DNA of 64,000 nt from an uncultured Chloroflexia bacterium. GTDB lineage: Bacteria; Chloroflexota; Limnocylindria; Limnocylindrales; CSP1-4. Each line of letters begins with the position of its first letter. The first letter of the stretch is position 1. The DNA lies in the NCBI GenBank assembly GCA_963720755.1, contig CAVRGP010000002.1:224001-288000 (forward strand), given 5' to 3'. The notes under the pieces are model-generated. The model did no database searches. It saw nothing but the letters and a program-made list of their open reading frames with translations, and was not told the origin of the DNA. Shown here in pieces: positions 49,009-60,031 of the stretch. The position numbers and the translations under genes were made by a program.

Positions 49009-51303
49009 ATGTCAGTCCAGAGTGCCGCCGAAATTGTCGTTACCGGCAGTGATCAAGCAATCGTCATCGGAGTGGCCGTCATCGCGTTGATCGCGCTGGT
49101 CATTGCGTTCGTGCTGCGGGCCGGGGTACTGGCCGCCGGCCAGGGCACCCCCAAGATGCAGGAGATCTCGGGCGCCGTCCAAGAGGGTGCGGCCGCCTAC
49201 CTGACGCGCCAGTTCCGCACCCTCGGCATCTTCGTCGTGATCGTCTTCGTGCTGCTGTTCGCGTTGCCCGCGACGAACACCGGCGAGCGGATCGGCCGGT
49301 CGATCTTCTTCCTGGTCGGTGCGCTGTTCTCCGCCACCATCGGTTACCTGGGTATGTGGCTCGCCACCCGGGCCAATGTCCGGGTGGCCGCAGCCGCCAA
49401 CGGCGACGGCGGCCGGGAGAAGGCGATGCAGATCGCCTTCCGCACCGGCGGCGCCGTCGGCCTGGCCACCACCGGCCTCGGCCTGCTCGGTGCCTCCGTC
49501 GTCGTCCTGGTCTACGTGGCCGAGGCGCCGAAGGTGTTGGAGGGCTTCGGTTTCGGCGCCGCGTTGCTCGCCATGTTCATGCGGGTCGGCGGTGGCATCT
49601 TCACCAAGGCCGCTGACGTCGGCGCTGACCTGGTCGGCAAGGTGGAGAAGGGCATTCCGGAGGACGACCCCCGCAACGCCGCCACCATCGCCGACAACGT
49701 CGGTGACAACGTCGGTGACTGCGCCGGCATGGCGGCCGACCTGTTCGAGTCCTACGCGGTCACCCTGGTTGCCTCGCTCATCCTGGGGAGCTCCGCGTTC
49801 GGGGTGAAGGGCCTGATCTTCCCGCTGATCGTCCCGGCGATCGGGGTGCTCACCGCCATCGTCGGCGTCTACATCACCAAGGCCAAGGTCGGCGAGCCCG
49901 GCCTGGTCACCATCAACCGGTCCTTCTACATCTCCGCCGCCATCTCCGCCGTGCTCTGCGGGGTCGCCGCCTTCAGCTACCTGCCCACGACCTTCGCGGC
50001 CCTGAATGTCGAAGCGGTTGCCGGACAGTCGGGCAACCCCGCGCTGATCGCCACCATCGCCGTGATCATCGGCATCGTCCTCGCCGGCGTCATCCTGTGG
50101 CTGACCGGCTACTTCACCGGCACCGAGACCAAGCCCACCAAGGACGTCGCCAAGTCCTCGCTGACCGGCGCCGCCACCGTCATCCTCGCCGGCATCTCCG
50201 TCGGCTTCGAGTCGGCCGTGTACACCGCGCTCGTCATCGCCGCCGCCGTCTACGGCGCGTTCCTGCTCTCCGGATCGATCCTGGTCGGGCTGTTCGCCAT
50301 CGCGCTGGCCGGTTGCGGCCTGCTGACCACCGTCGGCGTCATCGTCGCGATGGACACGTTCGGGCCCGTCTCGGACAACGCCCAGGGCGTCGCCGAGATG
50401 AGCGGCGAGGTGTCCGCCGAAGGTGCGCGGATCCTCACCGAGCTCGACGCGGTGGGCAACACCACCAAGGCCATCACCAAGGGCATCGCGATCGCAACCG
50501 CCGTGCTGGCCGCCACCGCACTGTTCGGGTCGTACTCCGACGCCATCACCCAGGCGCTGATCTCCGCCGGCGACACCGCCACCCTGGCGGCCAGCGGGAT
50601 GAACTCCTTCATCACCACGGTGGTCTCGCCCGGAACCCTGGTCGGCATGCTGCTCGGGTCGGCCGTGGTGTTCCTGTTCTCCGGGCTGGCGGTCAACGCG
50701 GTCGCCCGGGCGGCGGGCGCCGTCGTGATGGAGGTCCGCCGGCAGTTCCGGGAGATCCCCGGCATCATGGAGGGCATCAACAAGCCGGAATACGGCAAGG
50801 TCGTCGACATCGTGACCCGCGACTCATTGCGCGAACTGGCCACGCCGGGGCTGCTGGCGGTCTTCGCGCCGATCGCCGTGGGCTTCGGTCTCGGCGTCGG
50901 CCCACTGGCGGGTTACCTGGCCGGCACCATCGCGACCGGCACCCTGATGGCAGTCTTCCTGGCCAACTCCGGCGGGGCCTGGGACAACGCGAAGAAGATC
51001 GTCGAGGACGGCACGCACGGCGGCAAGGGTTCACCGGCGCACGAGGCCACCATCATCGGTGACACCGTCGGTGACCCGTTCAAGGACACCGCCGGCCCCG
51101 CGATCAACCCGCTGCTCAAGGTGATGAACCTGGTGGCGCTGCTGATCGCGCCGGCCATCGTCGGACTGTCGGTGGGTTCCTCGGAGAGCGGACCCATCCG
51201 ATACGGCATCTCCGCGATCTCGGTGCTGATCATCGTTGGCGCGGTGATCGTCTCCAAGCGGCGGGAATCCTCCCTGCACGCCGAGGAACCGCAGCACGCC
51301 TAG
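49009..51303 (+). CDS. hppA: Membrane-bound H+-translocating pyrophosphatase (K+-independent type)
   Basis: GGGIFTKAADVGADLVGKVE, EDDPRN, DNVGDNVGD, GNTTKA, GDTVGDPFKDT. Confidence 0.95.
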   Translation: MSVQSAAEIVVTGSDQAIVIGVAVIALIALVIAFVLRAGVLAAGQGTPKMQEISGAVQEGAAAYLTRQFRTLGIFVVIVFVLLFALPATNTGERIGRSIFFLVGALFSATIGYLGMWLATRANVRVAAAANGDGGREKAMQIAFRTGGAVGLATTGLGLLGASVVVLVYVAEAPKVLEGFGFGAALLAMFMRVGGGIFTKAADVGADLVGKVEKGIPEDDPRNAATIADNVGDNVGDCAGMAADLFESYAVTLVASLILGSSAFGVKGLIFPLIVPAIGVLTAIVGVYITKAKVGEPGLVTINRSFYISAAISAVLCGVAAFSYLPTTFAALNVEAVAGQSGNPALIATIAVIIGIVLAGVILWLTGYFTGTETKPTKDVAKSSLTGAATVILAGISVGFESAVYTALVIAAAVYGAFLLSGSILVGLFAIALAGCGLLTTVGVIVAMDTFGPVSDNAQGVAEMSGEVSAEGARILTELDAVGNTTKAITKGIAIATAVLAATALFGSYSDAITQALISAGDTATLAASGMNSFITTVVSPGTLVGMLLGSAVVFLFSGLAVNAVARAAGAVVMEVRRQFREIPGIMEGINKPEYGKVVDIVTRDSLRELATPGLLAVFAPIAVGFGLGVGPLAGYLAGTIATGTLMAVFLANSGGAWDNAKKIVEDGTHGGKGSPAHEATIIGDTVGDPFKDTAGPAINPLLKVMNLVALLIAPAIVGLSVGSSESGPIRYGISAISVLIIVGAVIVSKRRESSLHAEEPQHA

Positions 51304-51380
51304 TCGGCCGCGACGAATCGTCTGCCGGCGGAGGTCGCGATTCACGGCAGCGGCGGGCCGATAGATGTCGTGATGTCCAC

Positions 51381-51416
51381 TGGCGAGGGCGCCCCATTCG
51401 GGGATTGCCCTCGCCA
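51381..51416. terminator. Strong GC hairpin downstream of hppA (possible terminator)
   Basis: TGGCGAGGGC...GCCCTCGCCA 10-bp stem with inner CCCC/GGGG; T-tract a few nt downstream. Confidence 0.45.
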
Positions 51417-51594
51417 CTGGCGTTTTCGGCGGGGTGAGACGCCCATCTGGGCGGTACCGTCAACCGGTCCGGGGGACGTGCAGGGAGCGGCTTTCGTCGC
51501 GCCGACTGCGCGCCTCGGCGACAGGGGGCCGAATTCGCGCAGGCCTGTGCCGTTCAACAGCGCGGCCAGGGCCGCGCCCAGGGAGGACAACCGG

Positions 51595-52314
51595 ATGAAG
51601 CGCAGTGTTCACCACCCCAGCATTCAGGACCGCACCGTCGTCAACCGCAGGGTCGTCAACCGCACCGTTGTTAACCGCACCGTGCTGACCTCGGTGATCG
51701 CGGCCGGGGTGCTGCTCGTGGCCGGATGCAGTTCCAGTGACTCGGGCGGCACTTCGACGGCAGCGGCGACCACCACGACATCGGCGGCGTCCTCGATGGC
51801 CCAGGACTCGACCGCAGCCTCCGATGAGACATCCGCGGGGACGTCCGCCGGCACTGGGGACGCCACCGCGCTCGATGCCCAGTCGACGGCCTGGTTCGAG
51901 ACCCTGTGCAACGGCGTCGCGCCGGTGGCCGAACTGGCCCAGACGGCTGACACCAGTGGACTGTCCGATGCGGCCGCTCAGCAAAAGGGTGTCGAACTGA
52001 TCACCGAGTTCGGCGCTGCGCTGTCCGACACCGGGACGGCGCTGGCTGACGCGCCGCCGCCCACCTTCGAGGGCGGGGAGGAATTCGCCGCCACGATGAC
52101 GTCCGGGTTGACGGAGTCCGGGGCCCAGATGGCCACCCTCGCGCAGTCGTTCGGGGCCATCGATCCGACGGACACCGCTGCGCTGAAGGCGGCGGTCACC
52201 TCGCTGTCGGATGATTTGTCCACCGCGGTCGCGCCACTGTCCGCGATCGGCGATCTGGATCCGGCCATTTCCGATGCGGCACAGCAGATCCCGGCCTGCG
52301 CGGCGCTGGGCTGA
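51595..52314 (+). CDS. Putative lipoprotein (helical, 2 Cys)
   Basis: GGAGG RBS; lipobox VAGC; S/T/A linker; WF.T.C ... APPPT..GG ... IPAC. Confidence 0.78.
   Translation: MKRSVHHPSIQDRTVVNRRVVNRTVVNRTVLTSVIAAGVLLVAGCSSSDSGGTSTAAATTTTSAASSMAQDSTAASDETSAGTSAGTGDATALDAQSTAWFETLCNGVAPVAELAQTADTSGLSDAAAQQKGVELITEFGAALSDTGTALADAPPPTFEGGEEFAATMTSGLTESGAQMATLAQSFGAIDPTDTAALKAAVTSLSDDLSTAVAPLSAIGDLDPAISDAAQQIPACAALG
51629..51688 (+). repeat. Four imperfect 15-bp tandem repeats in the signal n-region (RTVVN)
   Basis: ACCGCACCGTCGTCA / ACCGCAGGGTCGTCA / ACCGCACCGTTGTTA / ACCGCACCGTGCTGA. Confidence 0.8.
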
Positions 52315-52342
52315 CCACGGGTCGGGGAGAGGCGGGAACGGG

Positions 52343-53026
52343 ATGAGAAGGACGGCGTTGCTGACGCTGGCGACGGCTGCGGTGCTGGCGGTCAGCGGTT
52401 GCTCGTCATCGGTTGACGGCTCACCACAGGCAGGATCGCCGGCGGCGACGACCGGCAGTACGGCGGCGACCTCATCGGCCCGGACCAGCACCTCGCGGGA
52501 GACCGAGAGCTCGGAGGAAACCGAGAGCTCGGAGGAAACCGAGAGCTCGGAGGAAACCGAGAGCTCGGAGGAGTCGACGCCGGTGTCCGGACTCGACCCC
52601 GACACGGAAAACTGGTTCGTCACTTTCTGCACCCAGGCAGCTGATTTCCAGCAATACGCCTCGCCGGACACCACGGGGCAGACGCTGTCCGAGGCACAGG
52701 CAACTGTCGCCGAGGCCTACAGCAACCTCTCGATCAGTGCCTCGACCACCGTCGGCGTGCTGCAGGCAACCCCGCCGGCGCCCATCGACGGCGGCGACGA
52801 CCTGCAGACCGGCCTCATCGAGCGGTTCACCGCCTTCTCCGACGTCTACGGCCGCGGCGCGTTGACGATCCTGGCTCTGACCCCCACCAGCGAGTCCGAC
52901 CTGGTCGACGCCATCGACGCGATCGAGGCCGAGGCGGGTGCCGCCACCGCCGACGTGATGGCAGATGTGGACCCCGCGGTGGTCGACGCGGCCCGCGATC
53001 TACCGGAATGTCAGGGCGTGCTGTAG
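52343..53026 (+). CDS. Putative lipoprotein, paralogue of the upstream gene
   Basis: Lipobox VSGC; WF.TFC ... TPPAP.DGG ... LPEC. Confidence 0.78.
   Translation: MRRTALLTLATAAVLAVSGCSSSVDGSPQAGSPAATTGSTAATSSARTSTSRETESSEETESSEETESSEETESSEESTPVSGLDPDTENWFVTFCTQAADFQQYASPDTTGQTLSEAQATVAEAYSNLSISASTTVGVLQATPPAPIDGGDDLQTGLIERFTAFSDVYGRGALTILALTPTSESDLVDAIDAIEAEAGAATADVMADVDPAVVDAARDLPECQGVL
52499..52570 (+). repeat. Four 18-bp tandem repeats encoding ETESSE
   Basis: GA(G/A)ACCGAGAGCTCGGAG x4. Confidence 0.92.
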
Positions 53027-53176
53027 ACAGGGCCCTACGCTCCAGAGCGCCCGACGTTGCGGCCGGTGCAGTTCGAGCGGCCCGCTCGGTCGAGATCGGC
53101 GGTCGCCTTTCAGGCTCGACCATGGTCGGGTGTTGCCGCGGGCACGGGTCGACGTGCGATCGAGACAGGGGGATCA

Positions 53177-53785
53177 GTGAGCCAGCTGTCGCTGTTCTCG
53201 GCCGATCTCACGCCACCGCAGCTGGACGACCTCGGCGGTCTGCTGGCCGCACACGCGCACGTGGCGGGCGGGCCCGGCGGGTTACGGCTGTCCATCCTGC
53301 TCCCCGAACAGTGGCGGGCGCGCGCCCTGCTGCGTGAGTGCCTGGTCCGGGACCTCCCGGCCGGGATCGTCGAAGACGACACGCAGGCCGACGACGGGTC
53401 GCCCACGGCGGTGCTGCTGCGCACGGATCGATCCCCGCTGCTCCATGCGATGGCCGATCGGTGGAACCGCGGCGGCGTCAAGTCCGTCCCTGCGGACATC
53501 GTCATCACCCCCGGTTTCCTGCGCTGCTGGACGATCGCGGCGGGTAGACCCGCCGACATCGGGTTCCTGCTCGGCGTCGATCCGCGGGCCGCCGACACGC
53601 ACGAACCGCTCGCCGCCGCCTGTGCCGCCGCCGGGCTGACGGGGTCGCTGCTCGGGGTCCGCGGCGGCGGGCCGGCGGTGCGTATCGTCGGATACCGACG
53701 GTGCTCCAGGCTCGCCGAGATGATCGGTACGCCGCCGCCGGAAGCGCCACCCGGCGCCTTCCCGGCCCTGAGCCACCACCCCTGA
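53177..53785 (+). CDS. Conserved actinobacterial protein upstream of topA (Rv3647c-like)
   Basis: SQLSLFSA..PP...DL.GLLA, W.RG.VK.VP, LGVDP.A.DTH.PL; synteny with topA. Confidence 0.75.
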   Translation: MSQLSLFSADLTPPQLDDLGGLLAAHAHVAGGPGGLRLSILLPEQWRARALLRECLVRDLPAGIVEDDTQADDGSPTAVLLRTDRSPLLHAMADRWNRGGVKSVPADIVITPGFLRCWTIAAGRPADIGFLLGVDPRAADTHEPLAAACAAAGLTGSLLGVRGGGPAVRIVGYRRCSRLAEMIGTPPPEAPPGAFPALSHHP

Positions 53786-53931
53786 GATACCCGTCCCTGG
53801 CAACCACCCGCTGGCCCGTCCGGTCACATGCCGGACGGAAGTGCGGGCACACTGTGGCATCCTGCTCGCAAGCGCCCCCGGCGCAGGCGTAGCTGGTTGA
53901 GCGCGCATATATAAGGAGTACGTGAGAGAAG

Positions 53932-56778
53932 ATGGCCACTAGCAGTAAGGCGGGTCCGGGCTCCGGCGTGCGCCTGGTGATCGTCGAGTCCCCGAGCAAG
54001 GCCAAGACCATCTCCGGATTCCTCGGGAGCGGCTACATCGTCGAGTCCTCCGTCGGCCACATCCGCGACCTGCCCCGTGGTGCCGCCGACGTGCCGGCCA
54101 AGTACAAGGGCGAGCCGTGGGCCCGCCTCGGCGTCAACACCGAGAACGGCTTCGAGCCGCTGTACGTCATCTCCCCGGAGAAGCGGGCGCAGGTCGCCAA
54201 GCTGAAGTCCCTGCTCGAAGGCGCCGACGAGCTCTACCTGGCGACAGACGAGGACCGCGAGGGCGAGGCCATCGCTTGGCACCTCCTGGAAACCCTCAAG
54301 CCGAAGGTCCCCGTCAAGCGGATGGTCTTCCACGAGATCACCCCGGCCGCGATCCGGGAGGCCGCGAACAATCCGCGGGCACTGGACGACAACCTGGTCG
54401 ACGCCCAGGAGACCCGCCGCATCCTGGACCGGCTGTACGGCTACGAGGTCTCGCCGGTGCTGTGGAAAAAGGTGATGCCGAAGCTGTCCGCCGGTCGCGT
54501 GCAGTCGGTGGCCACCCGGATCATCGTGCAGCGGGAACGGGAACGGATGGCTTTCCGCGCCGGGACCTACTGGGGCCTGGACGCGTCCATGGCCCCGACC
54601 GAGCCCGACAGCCAGGCCTTCAAGTCGTCGCTGGCAACGGTCGAGGGGCGCCGGCTCGCGAGCGGCCGCGACTTCGACCCGGCGACCGGGGCGATCAAGG
54701 CCGGCACCGACGTGCTGCTGCTCGACGAGGACGGTGCCCGCACCCTGGCCGCGCAGCTGACCGGCGGCAGCGCCACCGTCAGCTCCGTCGAGGAGAAGCC
54801 GTACACCCGCAAGCCCTACCCGCCGTTCATGACGTCGACGATGCAGCAGGAGGCCGGCCGCAAGCTCGGTTTCAACTCCGAGCGCACCATGCGCACCGCG
54901 CAACGGCTGTACGAGAACGGCTTCATCACCTACATGCGGACCGACTCGACCACGCTGAGCGCGACCGCTCAGGAGGCCGCCCGGGCGCAGGCCCGGGAGC
55001 TCTACGGCGCGGAGTACGTGCCGGCCACCCCGCGGCAGTACACCCGCAAGGTGAAGAACGCGCAAGAGGCCCACGAGGCGATCCGGCCGGCCGGCGAGAC
55101 CTTCCGCACCCCCGGCCAGGTGGCGCGGTCGATCAGCGGCGACGAGTACCGGCTGTACGAGCTGATCTGGCAGCGCACGATCGCCTCCCAGATGGTCGAC
55201 GCCCGCGGCCTGACGCTGTCGTTGCGGATCACCGCGTCGGCTGATGGTCGCGAGTGCGTCTTTTCAGCCTCCGGCCGGACCATCACCTTCCCCGGTTTCC
55301 TCCGGGCGTACGTCGAGACGGTCGACGCGGAGGCCGGCGGTGAGGCCGACGACGCCGAGCGCCGGCTGCCGAACCTGACCGTCGGGCAGCAGTTGGACAT
55401 CCGGGAGCTCATCCCGGCCAGTCACGTCACCACCCCGCCGGCCCGCTACACCGAACCGTCGCTGATCGGCGCCCTGCAAGACCTGGGTATCGGCCGGCCC
55501 TCGACGTACACCTCGATCATCCGGACCATCATCGACCGCGGATACGTATGGAAGCGGGGCCAGGCGCTGGTGCCGTCCTGGATCGCCTTTGCGGTGATCG
55601 GGCTGCTGGAGACCCATTTCGCCCGGCTGGTCGATTACGACTTCACCGCCGCGATGGAGGACGAACTCGACGCCATCGCCGACGGCCGGATCGGCCGCAC
55701 CGACTGGCTCGGCGCGTTCTACTTCGGTGGCGACCTGGGCCCGGAAGGGTCGGTCGGTCGCACCGGCGGGCTGAAGAAGCTGGTCGGCGACCGGTTGGAG
55801 GACATCGACGCTCGCGAGGTCAACTCGCTGCCCCTGCTCACCGATTCCGAGGGTCGGCAGGTGCTGGTGCGGGTCGGCCGGTACGGGCCGTACCTCGAGC
55901 GGACGGTGACCAAGGACGACGGCGAGGATGGCGACGGGGTCGGCGTGCAGCGGGCGAACCTGCCCGAGGATCTCCCGCCGGATGAGGTCACCGCCGATGT
56001 GGCGGAGGAACTGTTCGCCGCCGCCGGTGACTCGTCGGAGAACGAACTGGGCCTCGACCCGGTGTCCGGGAACATGATCGTGGCTCGGGACGGCCGGTAC
56101 GGGCCGTACGTCACCGAGGTGCTGCCCACCGTGGAGGAGCCGGCCGCCACCGCGGACGCGGCGACGAAGAAGGCGGCGAAGGCGGCGAAGGCGCTCAAGC
56201 CGCGGACGGCGTCGTTGTTCAAGACGATGACGCTCGACACCGTCGACCTGCCGACGGCGCTGCGGCTGTTGTCGCTGCCGCGGGTGGTCGGCGTCGACCC
56301 GGCCGACGGCGGTGAGATCACCGCGCAGAACGGCCGGTACGGCCCGTACCTGAAGAAGGGCACCGACTCCCGGTCACTGACCAGCGAGGACGCGCTGTTC
56401 GACGTCACCCTGGAGGAGGCGCTGGCGCTGTACGCGCAGCCCAAGACCCGGGGGCGGTCGGCCGCCGCGGCGCCGCCGCTGCGCGAGGTCGGCACCGATC
56501 CGGTGGGCGGCAAGCCGATGGTGATCAAGGACGGCCGGTTCGGCCCGTACGTCACCGACGGGGAGACCAACGCCTCGCTCCGCAAGGGCGACGAGGTCGA
56601 GTCGCTGACCGTCGAGCGGGCGGCGGAACTGCTCGCCGATCGGCGGGCTCGCGGTCCGGCACCGAAGCGGACTCCGGCCAAGAAGGCGGCGCCCAAGACG
56701 ACAGCAGCGAAGAAGCCGGCGGCAAAGCGGGCACCGACGACCCGGGCCAAAGCCGCCGGCAGCACCCGCGGCGCGTAG
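53932..56778 (+). CDS. topA: DNA topoisomerase I (actinobacterial, Topo_C repeats and Lys/Ala tail)
   Basis: LVIVESP.K, ATDEDREGE, SAGRVQS, ITYMRTD, repeated GRYGPY, AKK tail. Confidence 0.97.
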   Translation: MATSSKAGPGSGVRLVIVESPSKAKTISGFLGSGYIVESSVGHIRDLPRGAADVPAKYKGEPWARLGVNTENGFEPLYVISPEKRAQVAKLKSLLEGADELYLATDEDREGEAIAWHLLETLKPKVPVKRMVFHEITPAAIREAANNPRALDDNLVDAQETRRILDRLYGYEVSPVLWKKVMPKLSAGRVQSVATRIIVQRERERMAFRAGTYWGLDASMAPTEPDSQAFKSSLATVEGRRLASGRDFDPATGAIKAGTDVLLLDEDGARTLAAQLTGGSATVSSVEEKPYTRKPYPPFMTSTMQQEAGRKLGFNSERTMRTAQRLYENGFITYMRTDSTTLSATAQEAARAQARELYGAEYVPATPRQYTRKVKNAQEAHEAIRPAGETFRTPGQVARSISGDEYRLYELIWQRTIASQMVDARGLTLSLRITASADGRECVFSASGRTITFPGFLRAYVETVDAEAGGEADDAERRLPNLTVGQQLDIRELIPASHVTTPPARYTEPSLIGALQDLGIGRPSTYTSIIRTIIDRGYVWKRGQALVPSWIAFAVIGLLETHFARLVDYDFTAAMEDELDAIADGRIGRTDWLGAFYFGGDLGPEGSVGRTGGLKKLVGDRLEDIDAREVNSLPLLTDSEGRQVLVRVGRYGPYLERTVTKDDGEDGDGVGVQRANLPEDLPPDEVTADVAEELFAAAGDSSENELGLDPVSGNMIVARDGRYGPYVTEVLPTVEEPAATADAATKKAAKAAKALKPRTASLFKTMTLDTVDLPTALRLLSLPRVVGVDPADGGEITAQNGRYGPYLKKGTDSRSLTSEDALFDVTLEEALALYAQPKTRGRSAAAAPPLREVGTDPVGGKPMVIKDGRFGPYVTDGETNASLRKGDEVESLTVERAAELLADRRARGPAPKRTPAKKAAPKTTAAKKPAAKRAPTTRAKAAGSTRGA

Positions 56779-56920
56779 GTGGGTGCCGGCCGCCCGGAGG
56801 GCGGGTGAGCGCCGGGTCCGGGGTGGTTGACGGCGCCGCCCGTCAGGGTGATCCCCGGAAACACCCTGGGATTCTCCGCGGGAAGGGGATGCTGTCGGTG
56901 TCGCGGCCTACCATTTGTTC

Positions 56921-57665
56921 ATGACGGCGCCCTTCGACGCCGCGCAGGTGGCCGGTCAGACGTTCACCGATGCGCTGAGCGGGTCAGACGGTACGGCGGA
57001 TCCTTCCGTGCTGATGCCCGTGCTCGACGCGTACCCCGATGCTTTGTCCGCTCCGATGCCGGACGACCTGCTCCCGGTCCTTGTCCCGCCGGCGATGGCC
57101 GGTGCGGATCGACCCGTGGTTCGCCTCGAGCCGGTCCGGGCACCCGCCGCGCCGCTCACCCCCGCCCAGCAGCGCCTGGCCCAGCAGCGTCAGGCGCAGC
57201 AACGGCAGGCCCAACAGGCCAGCCCGCCGACCGGCCCCGCAGCGTCCGGCAGCCCAGCGTCGCGGCGCCCGGGCGCAGATCCCGCCGGTCGCTGCTCCGC
57301 ACACCGGCTGGCAGGGGGTGGCAGCCTCCGCGAGCGACGTCGCCGCGATGTTCCGGGCGAGCATGCCGGGCGCCACCGGCGAGGTCGACCGGCAGTCGTA
57401 TCAGGCCACCCACCCGCAGTCCACGGGCAGTAACGCCCCCGCCGGGGTCGCGCCCGCGGCGCCGATGGCTTCGCAGTACTCCGGCCGCGGTCAGTCCCGC
57501 AATGACGCCCACGATCGATCGCAGGAGCGTCGGCGCCGGACAAGCGTTCCGACCAGAAGGTCCGGCAGTGGCTGGGCGGTGTTCGTGTTCATGGCGGTCA
57601 TCCTGTTCGCCACCGGCATCGGGCAGCGGATCATCGAGGCGATCACCGAAGTGTTGAACCGGTGA
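56921..57665 (+). CDS. Hypothetical Pro/Gln-rich protein with C-terminal TM helix (frameshift near 57260)
   Basis: MTAPFDA...DPSVLMPVL joined to ...GWAVFVFMAVILFATGIGQRII. Confidence 0.55.
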
Positions 57666-57723
57666 ACCGGCCACCGGCCCATCGGGTCAGCGTCGTCCGA
57701 CGGCGTGGCGGCGGTGGCGCGAC

Positions 57724-60003
57724 GTGAGCCGGAAGCGCGGGCCAAACTCCGTCGGGGTGCTGCTCAAGATTCCGGTGTTCCGCCGGCTCTGGGCTGCCAT
57801 CGCCATCTCCAGCCTGGGTGACTGGCTCGGCCTGCTGGCCACCACTTCCCTCGCGGCGTACCTGACCAAGGATTCGTCCAACCTCGCACAGGGCGCGGCG
57901 GTGTCCGGTGTCCTGCTCACCAGGCTGCTGCCCGATCTGATCCTCGGCCCGATCGCCGGTGCCCTGGTCGACCGGTTCGACAGGCGCAAGGTGGCGGTCG
58001 ATCGGCGACACCCTCGCCGGGCTGCTGTACCTGTCGATCATCCTGAGCGGCAATCTGCTGTGGCTGCTGGTCGCGCAGTTCCTGGTGGAGGCCATCGGGC
58101 TGTTCTCGACTCCGGCCAAGCAGGCCATGTGGGTCAACATCGTGCCCCGTGAGCGGCTGGCGGTGGCCAATCAGCTCAACTACGTGTCGGTGTACGGCAT
58201 GGTGCCGGTCGCCGCGGCGCTGTTCGCGCTGCTGTCAACCGTGGCCTCGTTCTTCGGTGTCCCCAACGTTTCCGACGACAGCAGCGCACTGATCAGCGGC
58301 GCCACCAGCACCCTGGCCATCAACATCGCGTTGGCCATCGACGCGTGCACCTACTTCTTCTCCGCCGGCATGGTGTTCATCTCGCGGCGGCTGATCCCGG
58401 CCTTCGTGGGGGACCGCAGCACCTCGAAGAACATCTTCTCGCTGATCGCCGAAGGCGTCTCCTTCGTCCGCAAGAACCGGTTGATGCGATCGGTCTACAT
58501 CGGGATCCTGGGCGCCTTCGGGGCGGGTGGGCTGGTCGCCGGCGTCGCGCAGGCCTACGTCGCCACCCTGGGCGCCGGCAACGCCGGCTACGGCATCCTG
58601 TTCGGGTCGGTGTTCACCGGCTTGGCACTGGGCATGCTGATCGGCCCGCGGGTCTTCCCCACGGTGCCCCGCCGGATGATCTTCACCCCGGCGATCGGTG
58701 CGGCCGGGATCTCGCTGATCGTGATGAGTGTCCTGCAGGACTTCATCGGCGCGGTGGTCGCCGCCGCGGTGATGGGGGCGTTCGCGGGGATCGCCTGGAT
58801 CAACGGTTTCACCATGATCGGGCACGAGGTGTCCGACCAGCTCCGTGGCCGGGTCTTCGCGTTCGTCATGTCCTCCGTCCGGATCATGCTGTTGATGACG
58901 ATCGCCGCTGGGCCGATCCTGGCCGGTGCTATCGGGTCCGTATCAGGTCACGGTCGGCGACTTCCGGTTCGACATCACCGGCCCGGCGATCGTGCTCGCG
59001 GTCGGCGGTGTCATCGCCTTCGGGGTGAGCCTGCTGGGCGGGCCGGCAGATCGGCGGCCTGACGTCCGAACTCGTCCGCCGGATCTTCGGCCGGCGGGGC
59101 GTCAACATCTGGGACGAGACGGACGACCACGCCGGGGTGCTGATCGCGGTGGAGGGCGCCGACCGGGAGGCGACCGGTGAGTACGCCGAACGCGCTGGAA
59201 GGGCACCTGAGGGCCGACGGCTGGCACCTGGTGCGTGGTGCGAGCGGTCACCGGCCGGGCGCTGAATGCGCCGATCGCGGACTGGACAACCCGGCGGAGG
59301 CGCTGCGTGCATCGGCGGAGCTGGCGGACCTGGCCAGCCGACGGGTGCGGCCGCCGTTGGATTCCGGGGCCGTGGTGCTGTGTGAGGGCTTCGTCGACGC
59401 CACCATCGTCCGGTACCGGACGGCCGGGGTGGAGGAGCAGCGACTGGCCAGGGTGGCGCAGTGGGCCGTCAACGGGCTGAAGCCGGACCTGACGGTGCTG
59501 GTTGACGGTGTGCTGCCGGGCGCCGGTGGTCGCTGTTGCTGCGCCGCCAGCGGCGGCACCGCACCTCGGGCCCGCCGGCGATGGAGCTGCGCCCGACGAA
59601 ACGAGTCCGTACCGCGCGACACTTCCGAGCGCCGCCGGGCGCTGCGCCGGCGCAGGCTGCGGGCGACCCGGTCACGGTGTCCCGCCGAGACCGCGGCCAT
59701 GGGGACCCTGGCCACCGCGCGGATGCGGAGGTGCGACGCCGCCGGATGTCAGGGAGGAAGAGGAGGCCGTCGACCCGGTGCAGGCCTACCGGGACAGGGC
59801 GTCCTACACCCCGGAGCGCTACCTGATCGTGCGGCCGCTGGCGGAGGAGGGCGGCATCATCAACTCCGAGGTGGTCGAACGCCTCCGGTCGGTGCTGCGG
59901 CAGCGGTCACCGCGGCTGGCCGAACAGCCACCTGTGCGGCCGCCCGGTCACGGTGCCGGAGAGCGAGCCCGTGGCCGCGGCGGTGCCGCTGCCGACTCGC
60001 TGA
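57724..60003 (+). CDS. MFS transporter fused to a thymidylate-kinase-like domain (several frameshifts; kinase motifs degenerate)
   Basis: FRRLW....SSLGDWLGLLA, DRFDRR, LRGRVFAF; then GVLIAVEG, VRP.L..GAVVLC, WA..GL.PDLTVL.D; position between topA and holB. Confidence 0.78.
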
Positions 60004-60031
60004 CCGATCGCCGCGCTGCGGGGAATTGGGC

